From Candidatus Pacearchaeota archaeon (GTDB taxonomy: Archaea; Nanobdellota; Nanobdellia; Pacearchaeales; GW2011-AR1): 64,000 nucleotides of DNA. Of the stretch, positions 36,454-46,170 are shown piece after piece. The notes below the pieces were generated by a model. That model was not told the DNA's origin. It did not search any database and saw only the letters and a list, made by a program, of their open reading frames with translations. Positions within the stretch are counted from its first letter, which is position 1; the number at the start of each line of letters is the position of its first letter. The stretch lies in assembly GCA_023144035.1 (NCBI GenBank), contig JAGLGM010000001.1, positions 135,422 to 199,421 on the forward strand. Reading direction: 5' to 3'. A program made the position numbers and the translations under genes.

Positions 36454-38828
36454 ATCTTAAATCTCAATATAGCGCCAATCCCACCTAAATTATAAAATTG
36501 CTGTCCTTCTTCAGTATCTGTTGAAATAATTTCTATACTAGAACCAATATTCTTTGCTATAGGTGTTAATTCTTTTGCTATTTTTTTATCAAGATCTTTA
36601 GATAAAAATAAAATATCAACTGCACCATATTCTAATGCTTTTTTTGTAGCTGTTTCTTTTAAAGTTGCTAAATCTGGTTTTTCACCCAAAGTTTCAAAGA
36701 ATTTTTCCATTAATTTTTTCTCTTTAATTATTTCTTGACTAGCTAATATGTCTTGAGATTTTTTTACAAGTTCTTTTAAACCTGATTCATCAGAACCTCC
36801 AATATCTACTCTTCCAATAATTTTTTCTCTCAACTTTGTAACCAGATATTCATTATCTATAAATTCATCCTTAGTAGGAATAGGTCCTCCAATAATAATT
36901 CCTTTAAGTTTTGACATCTCAAAAAAGATTTTTTTTACTTCGTCTGCAATTCTTTTGTAAAAATCTTTTGTTAACCCTTCAGTAATTCTATGAAATCTTT
37001 GTGATGAATTATGAACAACCAATCCATTAGCTAAAAAATTGTGGTTTTTAGTCTCGATATCTACTGTTTTCATATTTCCAAGAGATTCAATTTTAGAAAT
37101 CTTAACAGCAATTAAATTAGAATTGTAAAAAGTTTCTAGTCTTCTTCTTAAATCTTCATCTTGAATTTTATCTAAGATTCTTCTCTTAAAAACTTCTTTA
37201 CTCATTTGTCTTTTATTACAAAAGAAATATCCACAATGGAAATCTCTTGTATTTAATCCAGAATTCCTTATTATTTTAGCTACTTCACTTCCATTGACAA
37301 CCAATTGACGAACTTTATTTCTAGAACTTCTATTATTAATTAATTCATCTACTTTCTGTTTTTTTTCTGTTGAACAAAAACCTATTTTTTCTTTAAAGAT
37401 TTTTAAAGATTCTAAATCATCAATTGCTAAAGTATATCTAATATTATCTGAATAAGGATTTTTCAAATTATCATATTCACTAACAGAAGATAAAATTCCC
37501 AATCTTAATAAACTAAATTGTATTTGTTTTGTTAGCAATTTATTATTTATTCCAAAAGCAACTCTTCCTCCAGAAACATACCCTTCAGCATCAAAAAACC
37601 CTCCTATAAATGAAGCTAAAGATTTATCAGAGGATTTTAAAACGAGTTGAGGAATTTTCCCATCTAAAGTTTTATCTTTATCAGAAATTATCTGTTTAAA
37701 TAATTGAGAAATAATTCTGCTATAAACTCTTAATTGCCAATAATTTTTAGAGCTTCTAAATCTTAAATCAGAATCAATTTTAAAAATTTCTTTAATTAAA
37801 TTCTGGTAATGTTGAGCTACCTCTTTTCTTTGCTCAAAAAAAGTTATCCTATCAATTTCATAACTTCCATCTCCTAAATAATAACCTATAATTCTTGTTA
37901 AATCAGGTGTTATTTTTTTAGGAATATTAATTTGTTTCATATTAAAACTTTGCTTAATTTTGGGAGTAAAATTTATTTCTTGATCTTTATTATTAATCTC
38001 TATTTTTTCAGGAATAATTAAATAATCTTCTGTCTTAATTTCACAAAGAGGTTTTTCCTCAATTCCTTTATCAGTTCTAACAAAAAAAGTATGATCTTTA
38101 GAAGCTTTAATTTCAAATCTAGGATAACAAGTTGTAATCTTAAATAATTCCTTATTATCCTCCCATTTTGCAATAAGAGGTGTTTCTTCTGTTTTTTCTC
38201 TGTTAAAATTTTCAGAAAGAACCATTAAAGGATTATGAGAATCTTTTATCTCTAAAATATCTCCATCAGGTTTCATTATTAAAGTATTTGGAGAAAGACA
38301 TTGACCTCCTGCTCTAACTTTACTTGGAATTCCAGAAGTCATCTTTTGTAAAACTTCAATTCTTTTTCCTTCTAACAAACCAATTGTAGCTTCTTTTCTA
38401 TCCATAACAAGTAACCCAAAAACCTCAGAAACTTCTAACATTTCTTTTAAAGGGTCTAAAACAAATTCCTTATCACATCTATACAAACGAACTTTGATAG
38501 GCATATGAGGTTCAATATCCCATAGTTGTAAATCTTGTTGTCCTTCTGATTTTGAAACATTTCCACAAAACAATGCTAATCCATTTTCAGGAGTCTTCTT
38601 CAAACTTTTCAAATGTCTAACAATCTTATCTAATGCTTCTGTAACATTTTTTCTTGTTCCAGTAGATTTAATATTTTTAGCAGTAGATTTTTCTGCTTCT
38701 AATTGTCTTTGAACAGCATTTACATCATAGCCTGAAGAAATATATACAGTAATAAGTTCAGTCTGCCTACCTCTATATTTTTCAAGTTCTTCAACTACTG
38801 ATTCAAGTTCATCTTTAGTTAATTTCAT
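36450..38828 (-). CDS. prf1: peptide chain release factor aRF1, interrupted in frame by a 431-aa intein
   Basis: NIKS motif (AKNIKST); GGQ at aa 174-176; canonical GGQ-SSQRF restored after removing the intein. The spliced extein is 361 aa. Confidence 0.9.
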   Translation of the reverse strand: MKLTKDELESVVEELEKYRGRQTELITVYISSGYDVNAVQRQLEAEKSTAKNIKSTGTRKNVTEALDKIVRHLKSLKKTPENGLALFCGNVSKSEGQQDLQLWDIEPHMPIKVRLYRCDKEFVLDPLKEMLEVSEVFGLLVMDRKEATIGLLEGKRIEVLQKMTSGIPSKVRAGGQCLSPNTLIMKPDGDILEIKDSHNPLMVLSENFNREKTEETPLIAKWEDNKELFKITTCYPRFEIKASKDHTFFVRTDKGIEEKPLCEIKTEDYLIIPEKIEINNKDQEINFTPKIKQSFNMKQINIPKKITPDLTRIIGYYLGDGSYEIDRITFFEQRKEVAQHYQNLIKEIFKIDSDLRFRSSKNYWQLRVYSRIISQLFKQIISDKDKTLDGKIPQLVLKSSDKSLASFIGGFFDAEGYVSGGRVAFGINNKLLTKQIQFSLLRLGILSSVSEYDNLKNPYSDNIRYTLAIDDLESLKIFKEKIGFCSTEKKQKVDELINNRSSRNKVRQLVVNGSEVAKIIRNSGLNTRDFHCGYFFCNKRQMSKEVFKRRILDKIQDEDLRRRLETFYNSNLIAVKISKIESLGNMKTVDIETKNHNFLANGLVVHNSSQRFHRITEGLTKDFYKRIADEVKKIFFEMSKLKGIIIGGPIPTKDEFIDNEYLVTKLREKIIGRVDIGGSDESGLKELVKKSQDILASQEIIKEKKLMEKFFETLGEKPDLATLKETATKKALEYGAVDILFLSKDLDKKIAKELTPIAKNIGSSIEIISTDTEEGQQFYNLGGIGAILRFKI
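37008..38300 (-). mobile_element. aRF1 intein with LAGLIDADG homing endonuclease, inserted between GGQ and S
   Basis: Cys1 (CLSPNTLI), block B SKDHTFFV, LAGLIDADG motifs IIGYYLGDGSY and SFIGGFFDAEGYV, terminal GLVVHN, +1 Ser. Confidence 0.9.
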
Positions 38829-38976
38829 TTCTCCCTCCTATGAAATTGGCTATTGAAAATCTCTGATTTGATGTTGTTATTGCCATAAAAGAAAAAGTAA
38901 AGACTAGTTTATAAAATTAGTCAAATAGATAATTTAACACATATAAATTATTAAATTAAAAATAAATCTAAATTAA

Positions 38977-39198
38977 ATGACAGATAAAAATATCACTTTA
39001 CTAGTAAGAGATAATTCAGAACTTTCAAAAGAAGTAGAGGATTTTTTAATAGAAAATAAAATTAAATATAATGTCTTATATTCAAACGAAAAAGAGATTT
39101 CTAATTTACCTTCAATACATACTCCTTTAGGAAGAGCCCCATTAAAAGGAAAAAAAGGATTTGCAATGTTTAAACATGATTATAAAGAACTTGTTTAA
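38977..39198 (+). CDS. hypothetical small protein, thioredoxin-fold-like without Cys
   Basis: Glutaredoxin-like length and strand/helix pattern, but no CxxC. Confidence 0.3.
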   Translation: MTDKNITLLVRDNSELSKEVEDFLIENKIKYNVLYSNEKEISNLPSIHTPLGRAPLKGKKGFAMFKHDYKELV

Positions 39199-39461
39199 TT
39201 AAGCAACTAATTTCAAGTCATGAATATGTAATTTTTTAATACCTTCGGAAGTATAAATAGAATAATTATCAGAATCATCAAGAGAAATTAAATTTCCATC
39301 AATCTTTCCATAATGATAATCTGTAATAGATACATTCTCACCGATTAAACTCTCTAATTTTTCATATTTTCCATTATGAGTTGTTTTGTTTTCTTTTCAA
39401 AATTTGGTCTCACAATAGGTAAAACCCCTATTAAAGTTAAAATAGTTCTAAGCTCACTCAT
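39199..39461 (-). pseudogene. frameshifted small ORF
   Basis: MSELRTILTLIGVLPIVRPNFEKKTKQLIMENMKN* in one frame and ..NGKYEKLESLIGENVSITDYHYGKIDGNLISLDDSDNYSIYTSEGIKKLHIHDLKLVA* in another, joined at an A-rich run. Confidence 0.3.
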
Positions 39462-39505
39462 AAATAGAATAATAATCAAAGCTTTTTAAAAATTTATATT
39501 CAAAA

Positions 39506-41887
39506 TTAATTCTCTTGAAAATCAACCTTAAAACTTCCTTGTTTTATTTCTTTTGCTCCTGACACAGATTTCAAATCCTCTAACATATTTTTCAAATCTT
39601 CAAAAAGACCTTTATCAATAGTCAAAATAATTTCTGAATTCATAGCCTTATTTGCTTTTGTTTTTTCTTGCCTAATTTTTGAAAGAGTGTCAATAAAATT
39701 ACAACCTATTTTATTAATGTTTTTTTCAAATTTCATTTTTATTTCAGGCCATTCACTAATATGAATACTTTTATCTTTTTCATTCTTTTTATAATAAGTT
39801 TGATAAATTTCTTCTGTAATAAAAGGTGTTATTGGAGACATCATTTTTAAAATAGCTAAAAGAGATTGGTAAAGAGCATATTGTGCTGAAATTCTTTTAT
39901 CGCCTTTTTCATTATAAATTCTTTTTTTTACAATTTCTAAATAATTATCACAAAATATATGCCAAAAAAACCATTCTGCTTCTCTTTTAGCTCCTGCAAT
40001 ATTATAACTCAAATAAGATTTTTTAACTCTCTCTACAACTTCAGATAAAGTGTATAAAACCCATTGATCAATTTTTTCTAATTTCTTTGGTTTTTTTCCA
40101 TCATAATCTTTTAAATTCATAAACACAAAATTAGAAGCATTCCAAAGCTTTGTTAAAAATTTCTTTCCGGCAACTAATTCTTTTTCTTTAAATGGTAAAT
40201 CTGTTCCCATAGTAGCTGTTCCAACCCAATATCTAAAAGCATCAACACCATATTTTTCAATTAATTCATCTGCCCAAACAGAATTTCCCTTGCTCTTATG
40301 CATACCTTTTCCTTTTTCATCTAATACATAAGTTCCAATCATAACCTTATCCCATGGTTTCCTATTAAATAATAAATGACTTTTCAAAATAGTGTAAAAT
40401 GCCCAAGTTCGAATTATATCATGAGATTGAGCTCTCAAAGACATTGGTGCAATTTTTTTATACTGATTTGATTTTTCTAACCACCTACATGCAATCTCAG
40501 GACTATTTGAAGAAGTCATCCAAGTATCGAAAACATCTGAATCAGGAATAGCAATTTTTTTACATTTAGGGCAATGCATTTCTTTTTCTAAAGGATCAAT
40601 TGGAAGTTCATTTTCTTTAGGTAAAATAATTTTATTGCAATCATCACAATACCAAGCAGGAATAGGAACTCCATAATATCTTTGTCTTGAAATAATCCAA
40701 TCCCACCCTAAATTTTCAGTCCAATTCTCAAATCTTAATCTCATAAATTCAGGTATCCATTTAACTTCTCTCCCTCTCTTAATTAAATCCTTTTTATAAT
40801 CTAGAGTTTTAACAAACCATTGTTTTGTTATAATATATTCTACAGGGCTATTACATCTCCAACATGCTCCTACAGTTTGTTGTAATTCTTCTTGTTTTTT
40901 CAATCTTTTTTCTTTTTCTAATTTATTTAATATTTTCTCTCTTGCTTCTTTAACATTTAACCCCTCATAATCTCCAGTTAATTCATTTAAAGTTCCATCT
41001 TGATTTAAAATAGGTTTTAACTCTAAATTATGTTTTTTCCACCATTCAATATCTGTTTGATCTCCAAAAGTACAAATCATTACAACTCCTGTTCCAAAAT
41101 CTTTATCAACTTTTTCATCTGTTCTAACTTTAACTTTTTGATTAAAAATAGGAACAACTAATTCTTTTCCAACCAAATTTTTGTTTTTAGTATCTTTAGG
41201 GTTAACAAAAATCCCCACACAAGCAGGTAAAAACTCAGGACGAGTCGTTGCAATAGTTATTTTTTTTGCACTACTTACTAGATCAAAATCAATATAATTT
41301 AATTTAGTGGTTCTATCTAAATCTTCAACTTCTGCTTGAGCTAATGCAGTTTCATGATATGGACACCAAATAACAGGTTCTTCTTTTCTATAACAATCTT
41401 TTTTACTAACTAATTTTAAAAAAGACATCTGTGCTACTTTTTGTGCTTCAGAAGAAATAGTAGTATAAAGCAAATCCCAATCATAACTATGTCCCAATGT
41501 TTTGAAAACACTATCAATATATTCTTTTTCAACTTTTTGACTTTCCTTAAGACATAATTTTCTAAACTCTGATCTACTTGTCTTTGATTTTTTAATGCCT
41601 AATTTTTCTTCAACATATTTTTCAGTGGGAAGTCCATTATCATCAAATCCAGGTGTAAAATAAACTTCATGACCTAATTGTCTCATAACTCTTGCCATTA
41701 TTTCAAATTGAGTATAATGCAAAGCATGTCCTACATGAAGATGCCCAGAAGAAGCATAAGGCGGAGGAGTATCAATTGAATATATTAGTTTCTTACTATT
41801 AGAATTAAACTTGTAAATTTGTTCTTTTTCCCAATATTTTCTCCATTTATCTTCTATTTGTTTTAAATCTAGTTTATTTTTAGCCAT
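39506..41887 (-). CDS. valS: valyl-tRNA synthetase
   Basis: IDTPPPYASSGHLHVGHA (HIGH region), GFDDNGLPTE, editing domain, KMSKS-like GMHKSKGN. Confidence 0.85.
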   Translation of the reverse strand: MAKNKLDLKQIEDKWRKYWEKEQIYKFNSNSKKLIYSIDTPPPYASSGHLHVGHALHYTQFEIMARVMRQLGHEVYFTPGFDDNGLPTEKYVEEKLGIKKSKTSRSEFRKLCLKESQKVEKEYIDSVFKTLGHSYDWDLLYTTISSEAQKVAQMSFLKLVSKKDCYRKEEPVIWCPYHETALAQAEVEDLDRTTKLNYIDFDLVSSAKKITIATTRPEFLPACVGIFVNPKDTKNKNLVGKELVVPIFNQKVKVRTDEKVDKDFGTGVVMICTFGDQTDIEWWKKHNLELKPILNQDGTLNELTGDYEGLNVKEAREKILNKLEKEKRLKKQEELQQTVGACWRCNSPVEYIITKQWFVKTLDYKKDLIKRGREVKWIPEFMRLRFENWTENLGWDWIISRQRYYGVPIPAWYCDDCNKIILPKENELPIDPLEKEMHCPKCKKIAIPDSDVFDTWMTSSNSPEIACRWLEKSNQYKKIAPMSLRAQSHDIIRTWAFYTILKSHLLFNRKPWDKVMIGTYVLDEKGKGMHKSKGNSVWADELIEKYGVDAFRYWVGTATMGTDLPFKEKELVAGKKFLTKLWNASNFVFMNLKDYDGKKPKKLEKIDQWVLYTLSEVVERVKKSYLSYNIAGAKREAEWFFWHIFCDNYLEIVKKRIYNEKGDKRISAQYALYQSLLAILKMMSPITPFITEEIYQTYYKKNEKDKSIHISEWPEIKMKFEKNINKIGCNFIDTLSKIRQEKTKANKAMNSEIILTIDKGLFEDLKNMLEDLKSVSGAKEIKQGSFKVDFQEN

Positions 41888-41938
41888 ATTTAATTAACCC
41901 ACAGCAACTTTTAAAAACTATCTATCTTTCCATAAATT

Positions 41939-42094
41939 ATGGCAGATAATAAAATAAACATGCCCTCTGGATTCGGAGGATTGATGAGATATCAAGAGGA
42001 GTATGCAAGTAAATTTAATTTAAAACCAACTCATGTAGTGATATTTATAATTTTGATAATTGGTTTAAGAATTGCTTTACCTTTTTTAATTTAA
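41939..42094 (+). CDS. secG: preprotein translocase subunit Sec61beta (51 aa, below the ORF-track cutoff)
   Basis: MADNKINMPSGFGGLMRYQEEYASKFNLKPTHVVIFIILIIGLRIALPFLI, i.e. a GL-RY-E motif plus a C-terminal TM anchor. Confidence 0.6.
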   Translation: MADNKINMPSGFGGLMRYQEEYASKFNLKPTHVVIFIILIIGLRIALPFLI

Positions 42095-42095
42095 A

Positions 42096-42428
42096 ATGTT
42101 TGGCGGATTAGACCCTAAAAAGATGCAAGCTATGATGAAGCAAATGGGAATGGCCCAAGAAGAAATAGATGCTTCAAAAGTAATTATAGAAAAAACAGAT
42201 AATACCAAAATAATCATTGAAAACCCTTCTGTAACAAAGATAAAAATGCAAGGTCAAGAAACTTTTCAAATTGCTGGAAATATTTCTGAACAAGAAGCAG
42301 AAGTAGGAGTTTCAGAAGAAGATATTCAAACAATAGTTGAAAAAACAGGAGCTTCTGAAGAAAAAGCAAAAGAAATATTGGAAAAAACAGGTGATCTTGC
42401 TGAAGCTATTTTAGAGCTAAGTGAGTAA
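42096..42428 (+). CDS. nac: nascent polypeptide-associated complex protein
   Basis: NAC domain (KVIIEKTDNTKIIIENPSVTKIKMQGQETFQIAG) plus a C-terminal UBA domain. Confidence 0.85.
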   Translation: MFGGLDPKKMQAMMKQMGMAQEEIDASKVIIEKTDNTKIIIENPSVTKIKMQGQETFQIAGNISEQEAEVGVSEEDIQTIVEKTGASEEKAKEILEKTGDLAEAILELSE

Positions 42429-42474
42429 TTTAAACCACCGTAAACAATATTAATTTCAAATACTTCTAAATAAC

Positions 42475-42939
42475 ATGGAAAAGATCTTTGAAAACCTTGA
42501 AAAATCTGAAAAAACCATTCAAACAGCAGACCATTTATTACATGTAACCTATCCTTTAGTAAAAGATAAAAGATTATTATTAAAAATTCTTGTGGAAATA
42601 AAAAAAGGGATTGCTAGTTGTATAAATGCAGTTCTACAATATGAATATTTATATGGAAGAGTTAGATTATCTACAAATCCAAAATTAAATTTTAAAAAGT
42701 TTCTTGAAAAATGTTGTCCAAGATACAATATTCCAGAAACAAATGTTAAAAAAATAATAAAATTATTTGATATTGTTGAAAAACATAAATCAAGCCCCAT
42801 GGAATTTGTAAAAGAAGATAAAATTGTAATTTTATCTGAAAATATGTCTTCTGAAATAATAACTTTAGAAAAAGTTAAAGAATTTATTGATTCTTCTAAA
42901 ATTATCCTACAAAAATCAAAGAAGATAATATTGAGATAA
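42475..42939 (+). CDS. hypothetical helical protein, paralog 1
   Basis: Shares the ADHLL(H/Y)V N-terminal motif, length and overall pattern with the next ORF. Confidence 0.45.
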   Translation: MEKIFENLEKSEKTIQTADHLLHVTYPLVKDKRLLLKILVEIKKGIASCINAVLQYEYLYGRVRLSTNPKLNFKKFLEKCCPRYNIPETNVKKIIKLFDIVEKHKSSPMEFVKEDKIVILSENMSSEIITLEKVKEFIDSSKIILQKSKKIILR

Positions 42940-42958
42940 ATATAAAAAGCCCTTAATC

Positions 42959-43429
42959 TTGGTTATGTTTACTTCTAAATTAAAAAAGATGGAAGAAATT
43001 ATTCAAGAAAAAATTAGTGCAGACCATTTGCTTTATGTTAGCTTGAAGTATACTAAAACTTGTGATGTAATCTTAAATCTTCTCTTAAGATGGAGAAAAA
43101 TGATTGAAACTAGCATCAATGAACTATTAAAACACGCTAAAAAGAAAAAAAAGATTTCTTCTGTTTCTTCAAATATTGTTGGGAAAATAGAACAAATAAG
43201 AAAACTTTTCAAAAAAGATAAAGAATTCTTAGAAGTTATTGATATGTTTGAAATGCTTAGAAAAGTTGAAGACCTTAGAAAAGAAAGAATTGGAGAATTT
43301 AGAAAAAATGTTACTTTAAAAATTTTTTACAGAGGAAAAGAAATTAATGTAAATTTAGACCAATTAAAAATATATGCAGAACTCTTAGAAAAGTTTATAA
43401 GTACTACAAAGCAATTTCTACTATCATAG
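42959..43429 (+). CDS. hypothetical helical protein, paralog 2
   Basis: Tandem paralog of 42475..42939. Confidence 0.45.
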   Translation: MVMFTSKLKKMEEIIQEKISADHLLYVSLKYTKTCDVILNLLLRWRKMIETSINELLKHAKKKKKISSVSSNIVGKIEQIRKLFKKDKEFLEVIDMFEMLRKVEDLRKERIGEFRKNVTLKIFYRGKEINVNLDQLKIYAELLEKFISTTKQFLLS

Positions 43430-43455
43430 GGCATTAAAAGCTTCTTATAAATAAA

Positions 43456-44229
43456 ATGAAACAAATTTTTGTTATTACATCTGGAAAGGGAGGTGTTGGA
43501 AAAACAACAACTGCCATAAATTTAGGTGCAGCTATTAATTATTTTGGTAAAGATGTATTAATTATTGATGGAAATTTATCTACTCCAAATGTAGGAATTC
43601 ATTTAAATTCTCCAGAAGTCCCAATAAACCTTAATCATGTTTTATTAGGTAAAGCAGAACCTTCAGAAGCAATTTATGAACATGAATCTGGATTAAAAAT
43701 TCTTCCTTCTTCATTATCTATAAAAGAATTAAAAAAAATAAGACCTGAAAAATTAAAAGATTTTAAAGAAGATTTTAAAGAAATTGCAGATTATATTATC
43801 ATAGATAGTGCTGCTGGATTAGGACCTGAAGCAGAATCTGTTATTGATGTTGCTGATGAATTAATTATAATTACAAATCCGGAAATGCCTGCAATTGCAG
43901 ATGCACTAAAAGCTATAAAATTAGCAGAACAAAGAAACAAACCAATTCTAGGTGTAATAGTGACACGTGTAAAGAAAAATAAAATTGAACTATCTCCAGA
44001 AACAGTAAAAGAAATGCTTGAAGTTCCTATTTTAGGGATGATTCCAGAAGATTTAGATATTCAAAGAGCTTTAAATCACAAAGATGCTGTAGTTCATACA
44101 CATCCAAAAAGTCATTGTTCAAGAGCTTACAAAGAAATAGCTTCAAAACTTGTTAACGAAATTTATGATTCAGATAAAGATAAAGAAAAAATTATGATAA
44201 GATTTCTTAAAAAAATTGGAATTAAATAA
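43456..44229 (+). CDS. minD: MinD/ParA-family ATPase
   Basis: Deviant Walker A SGKGGVGKTT, IIIDGN, IIDSAAGL. Confidence 0.85.
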   Translation: MKQIFVITSGKGGVGKTTTAINLGAAINYFGKDVLIIDGNLSTPNVGIHLNSPEVPINLNHVLLGKAEPSEAIYEHESGLKILPSSLSIKELKKIRPEKLKDFKEDFKEIADYIIIDSAAGLGPEAESVIDVADELIIITNPEMPAIADALKAIKLAEQRNKPILGVIVTRVKKNKIELSPETVKEMLEVPILGMIPEDLDIQRALNHKDAVVHTHPKSHCSRAYKEIASKLVNEIYDSDKDKEKIMIRFLKKIGIK

Positions 44230-44575
44230 AATGGAAAATGTACAATTTAATGACTGGCAAAATTTAGATTTAAAAGTTGGTGAAATTTTAGAAATAGAAG
44301 ATATTGAAAATGCAGATAAATTATATAAATTAACAATTGATCTTGGAACAGAAAAAAGAATCTTAGTTTCAGGACTAAAAGAATTTTATTCTAAAGAAGA
44401 TTTAAAAAATAAAAAATGTGTAGTTTTCGCAAACCTTGAGCCAAAAACTTTAAGAGGAGTTGAAAGTAAAGGAATGATTTTAGCAGCAGTAGGTTATGAT
44501 GATGAAGGAAATGAAAAAGAAGTTAAACTTATTCAACCAGATGCAGATATTGCAGTGGGAAGTAAAGTTAGTTAA
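44216..44575 (+). CDS. stand-alone tRNA-binding domain protein (Trbp111/EMAP-like; MetRS C-terminal domain homolog)
   Basis: DLKVGEILEIEDIENADKLYKLTIDLG..ANLEPKTLRGVESKGMILAA. The probable start is the ATG at 44231. Confidence 0.75.
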   Translation: MELNKMENVQFNDWQNLDLKVGEILEIEDIENADKLYKLTIDLGTEKRILVSGLKEFYSKEDLKNKKCVVFANLEPKTLRGVESKGMILAAVGYDDEGNEKEVKLIQPDADIAVGSKVS

Positions 44576-46050
44576 ATTTTCTTAAACAAAATATCTCCTT
44601 TCTTAATTTTCTTTGCACTAAATTGTTTTATTATCTTCTCTGATGATTCAGGAATAAAAGGAGAAAGTAATTCTGCAACTTTCAAAATACTTTCTTTTAA
44701 TTCATAAAGTGCTTTTTTATCATTAGTTTCCCAAATCTTTTTAGATTGAACATATTCATTACAAACATCAATAAATGCAAAGATTTCATTTAATGCTTTA
44801 TCAAATTTAAATTCTTCAATTAACCCATCAACACTCTTTTGCACTAGATTACTTAACTCATACAAGTTTTTCTTCAAATTAAGAGTAAATAAATTGATAT
44901 TTGTAAGAGATATATTTCTTTTAATTATAACTTCTTCTGATTTCTTCCAATCAAAATTCTCAATCCCATTTTTATCAATTAAACCAGCAACTCTGCTTAC
45001 TAAATTTCCTAATTTATTTGCAAGTTCATTATTGTGTCTTGCAATTAAAGCTTTTTCATCAAAATCTCCATCATCTCCAAAAGGAAAGTGTCTTAAACAA
45101 AAATATCTCACAGTATCTACACCATATTTTTCAACTAATATTTTTGGAGAAATTGCATTTCCTAATGATTTTGATATTTTCTGTCCATTAAATTTTAAAA
45201 AACCATGATTAAAAGTTGTAATAGGTAATTTAACCCCTGCTGATTCTAACATTGCAGGCCAATAAACACAATGAAACCAAGTATTATCTTTTCCAAGCAA
45301 ATGTAAATTTGCAGGCCAAAACTTTTCTTTGCCTTTAGTTCTTGTAGCAGTATAATAATTAATTAAGGCATCAAACCAAACATAAGTGATATGTTCTTTA
45401 TCTAAAGGAAATTCTATTCCCCAATCAAAACTTGTTCTTGAAATACTTAAATCTTGCAACCCTTCTTTAACTCTGCTTATTGTTTCATTTCTTCTTGCTT
45501 TAGGTAAAATAAATTCAGGATGTTCTTTATACAAATTTAAAAGAAATTTTTTATATTTAGAAAGTTTAAAAAAATAACTTTTTTCTTTTAATTTATCTAA
45601 TTTCTTTTTATGAACAGGACAAATAAAATCAGGAGCATCTCTTTCAGTATAATAAGCTTCACAATCAGTACAATAATGCCCTTCATATTCTCCTAAATAA
45701 ATATCTCCTGCTTTGTTACATTTTTCTATAAATTCTTTAACAACTTTTTTGTGGTCTTTATCTGTTGTTCTAAGAAATCTATCAGGAATTATATTCAAAC
45801 TTTTCCAAGCCTCTTTAAACTTTTTTGCAGTTTCATCTACAAACTTTTCAACTGGTTTTCCTGCTTTTTCGGCAGCTTTTTGAACCTTCTTCCCATGTTC
45901 ATCTGTTCCAGTTACAAAAAACACCTCATCTCCCTTTAATTTATGCCATCTTGCTAAAACATCCGCTACAATTTTCTGATATGCATGCCCTATATGAGGC
46001 TCTGCATTTACATAATCTATTGCAGTTGTTATATAAAATTTATTTTTCAT
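44572..46050 (-). CDS. metG: methionyl-tRNA synthetase (core enzyme, no C-terminal tRNA-binding domain)
   Basis: HIGH region PHIGHAY, Zn knuckle CTDCEAYY..CPVH, KMSKS as KISKSLGN. Confidence 0.95.
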   Translation of the reverse strand: MKNKFYITTAIDYVNAEPHIGHAYQKIVADVLARWHKLKGDEVFFVTGTDEHGKKVQKAAEKAGKPVEKFVDETAKKFKEAWKSLNIIPDRFLRTTDKDHKKVVKEFIEKCNKAGDIYLGEYEGHYCTDCEAYYTERDAPDFICPVHKKKLDKLKEKSYFFKLSKYKKFLLNLYKEHPEFILPKARRNETISRVKEGLQDLSISRTSFDWGIEFPLDKEHITYVWFDALINYYTATRTKGKEKFWPANLHLLGKDNTWFHCVYWPAMLESAGVKLPITTFNHGFLKFNGQKISKSLGNAISPKILVEKYGVDTVRYFCLRHFPFGDDGDFDEKALIARHNNELANKLGNLVSRVAGLIDKNGIENFDWKKSEEVIIKRNISLTNINLFTLNLKKNLYELSNLVQKSVDGLIEEFKFDKALNEIFAFIDVCNEYVQSKKIWETNDKKALYELKESILKVAELLSPFIPESSEKIIKQFSAKKIKKGDILFKKI

Positions 46051-46170
46051 TTTTGTACCTCGCGAAGCCTATGCGCAATGGCTGTTCATAATTAAAACTA
46101 AACTTGAAGATATTTAAAAGTTACGAAGATTAAATTTATTAACTAATTTATCATAAATTAATCATAAAAG

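Noticed and set aside
44894-46091. Plus-strand ORFs 44894..45208, 45386..45577, 45751..45939 and 45825..46091
   Set aside because: Antisense shadows of metG.
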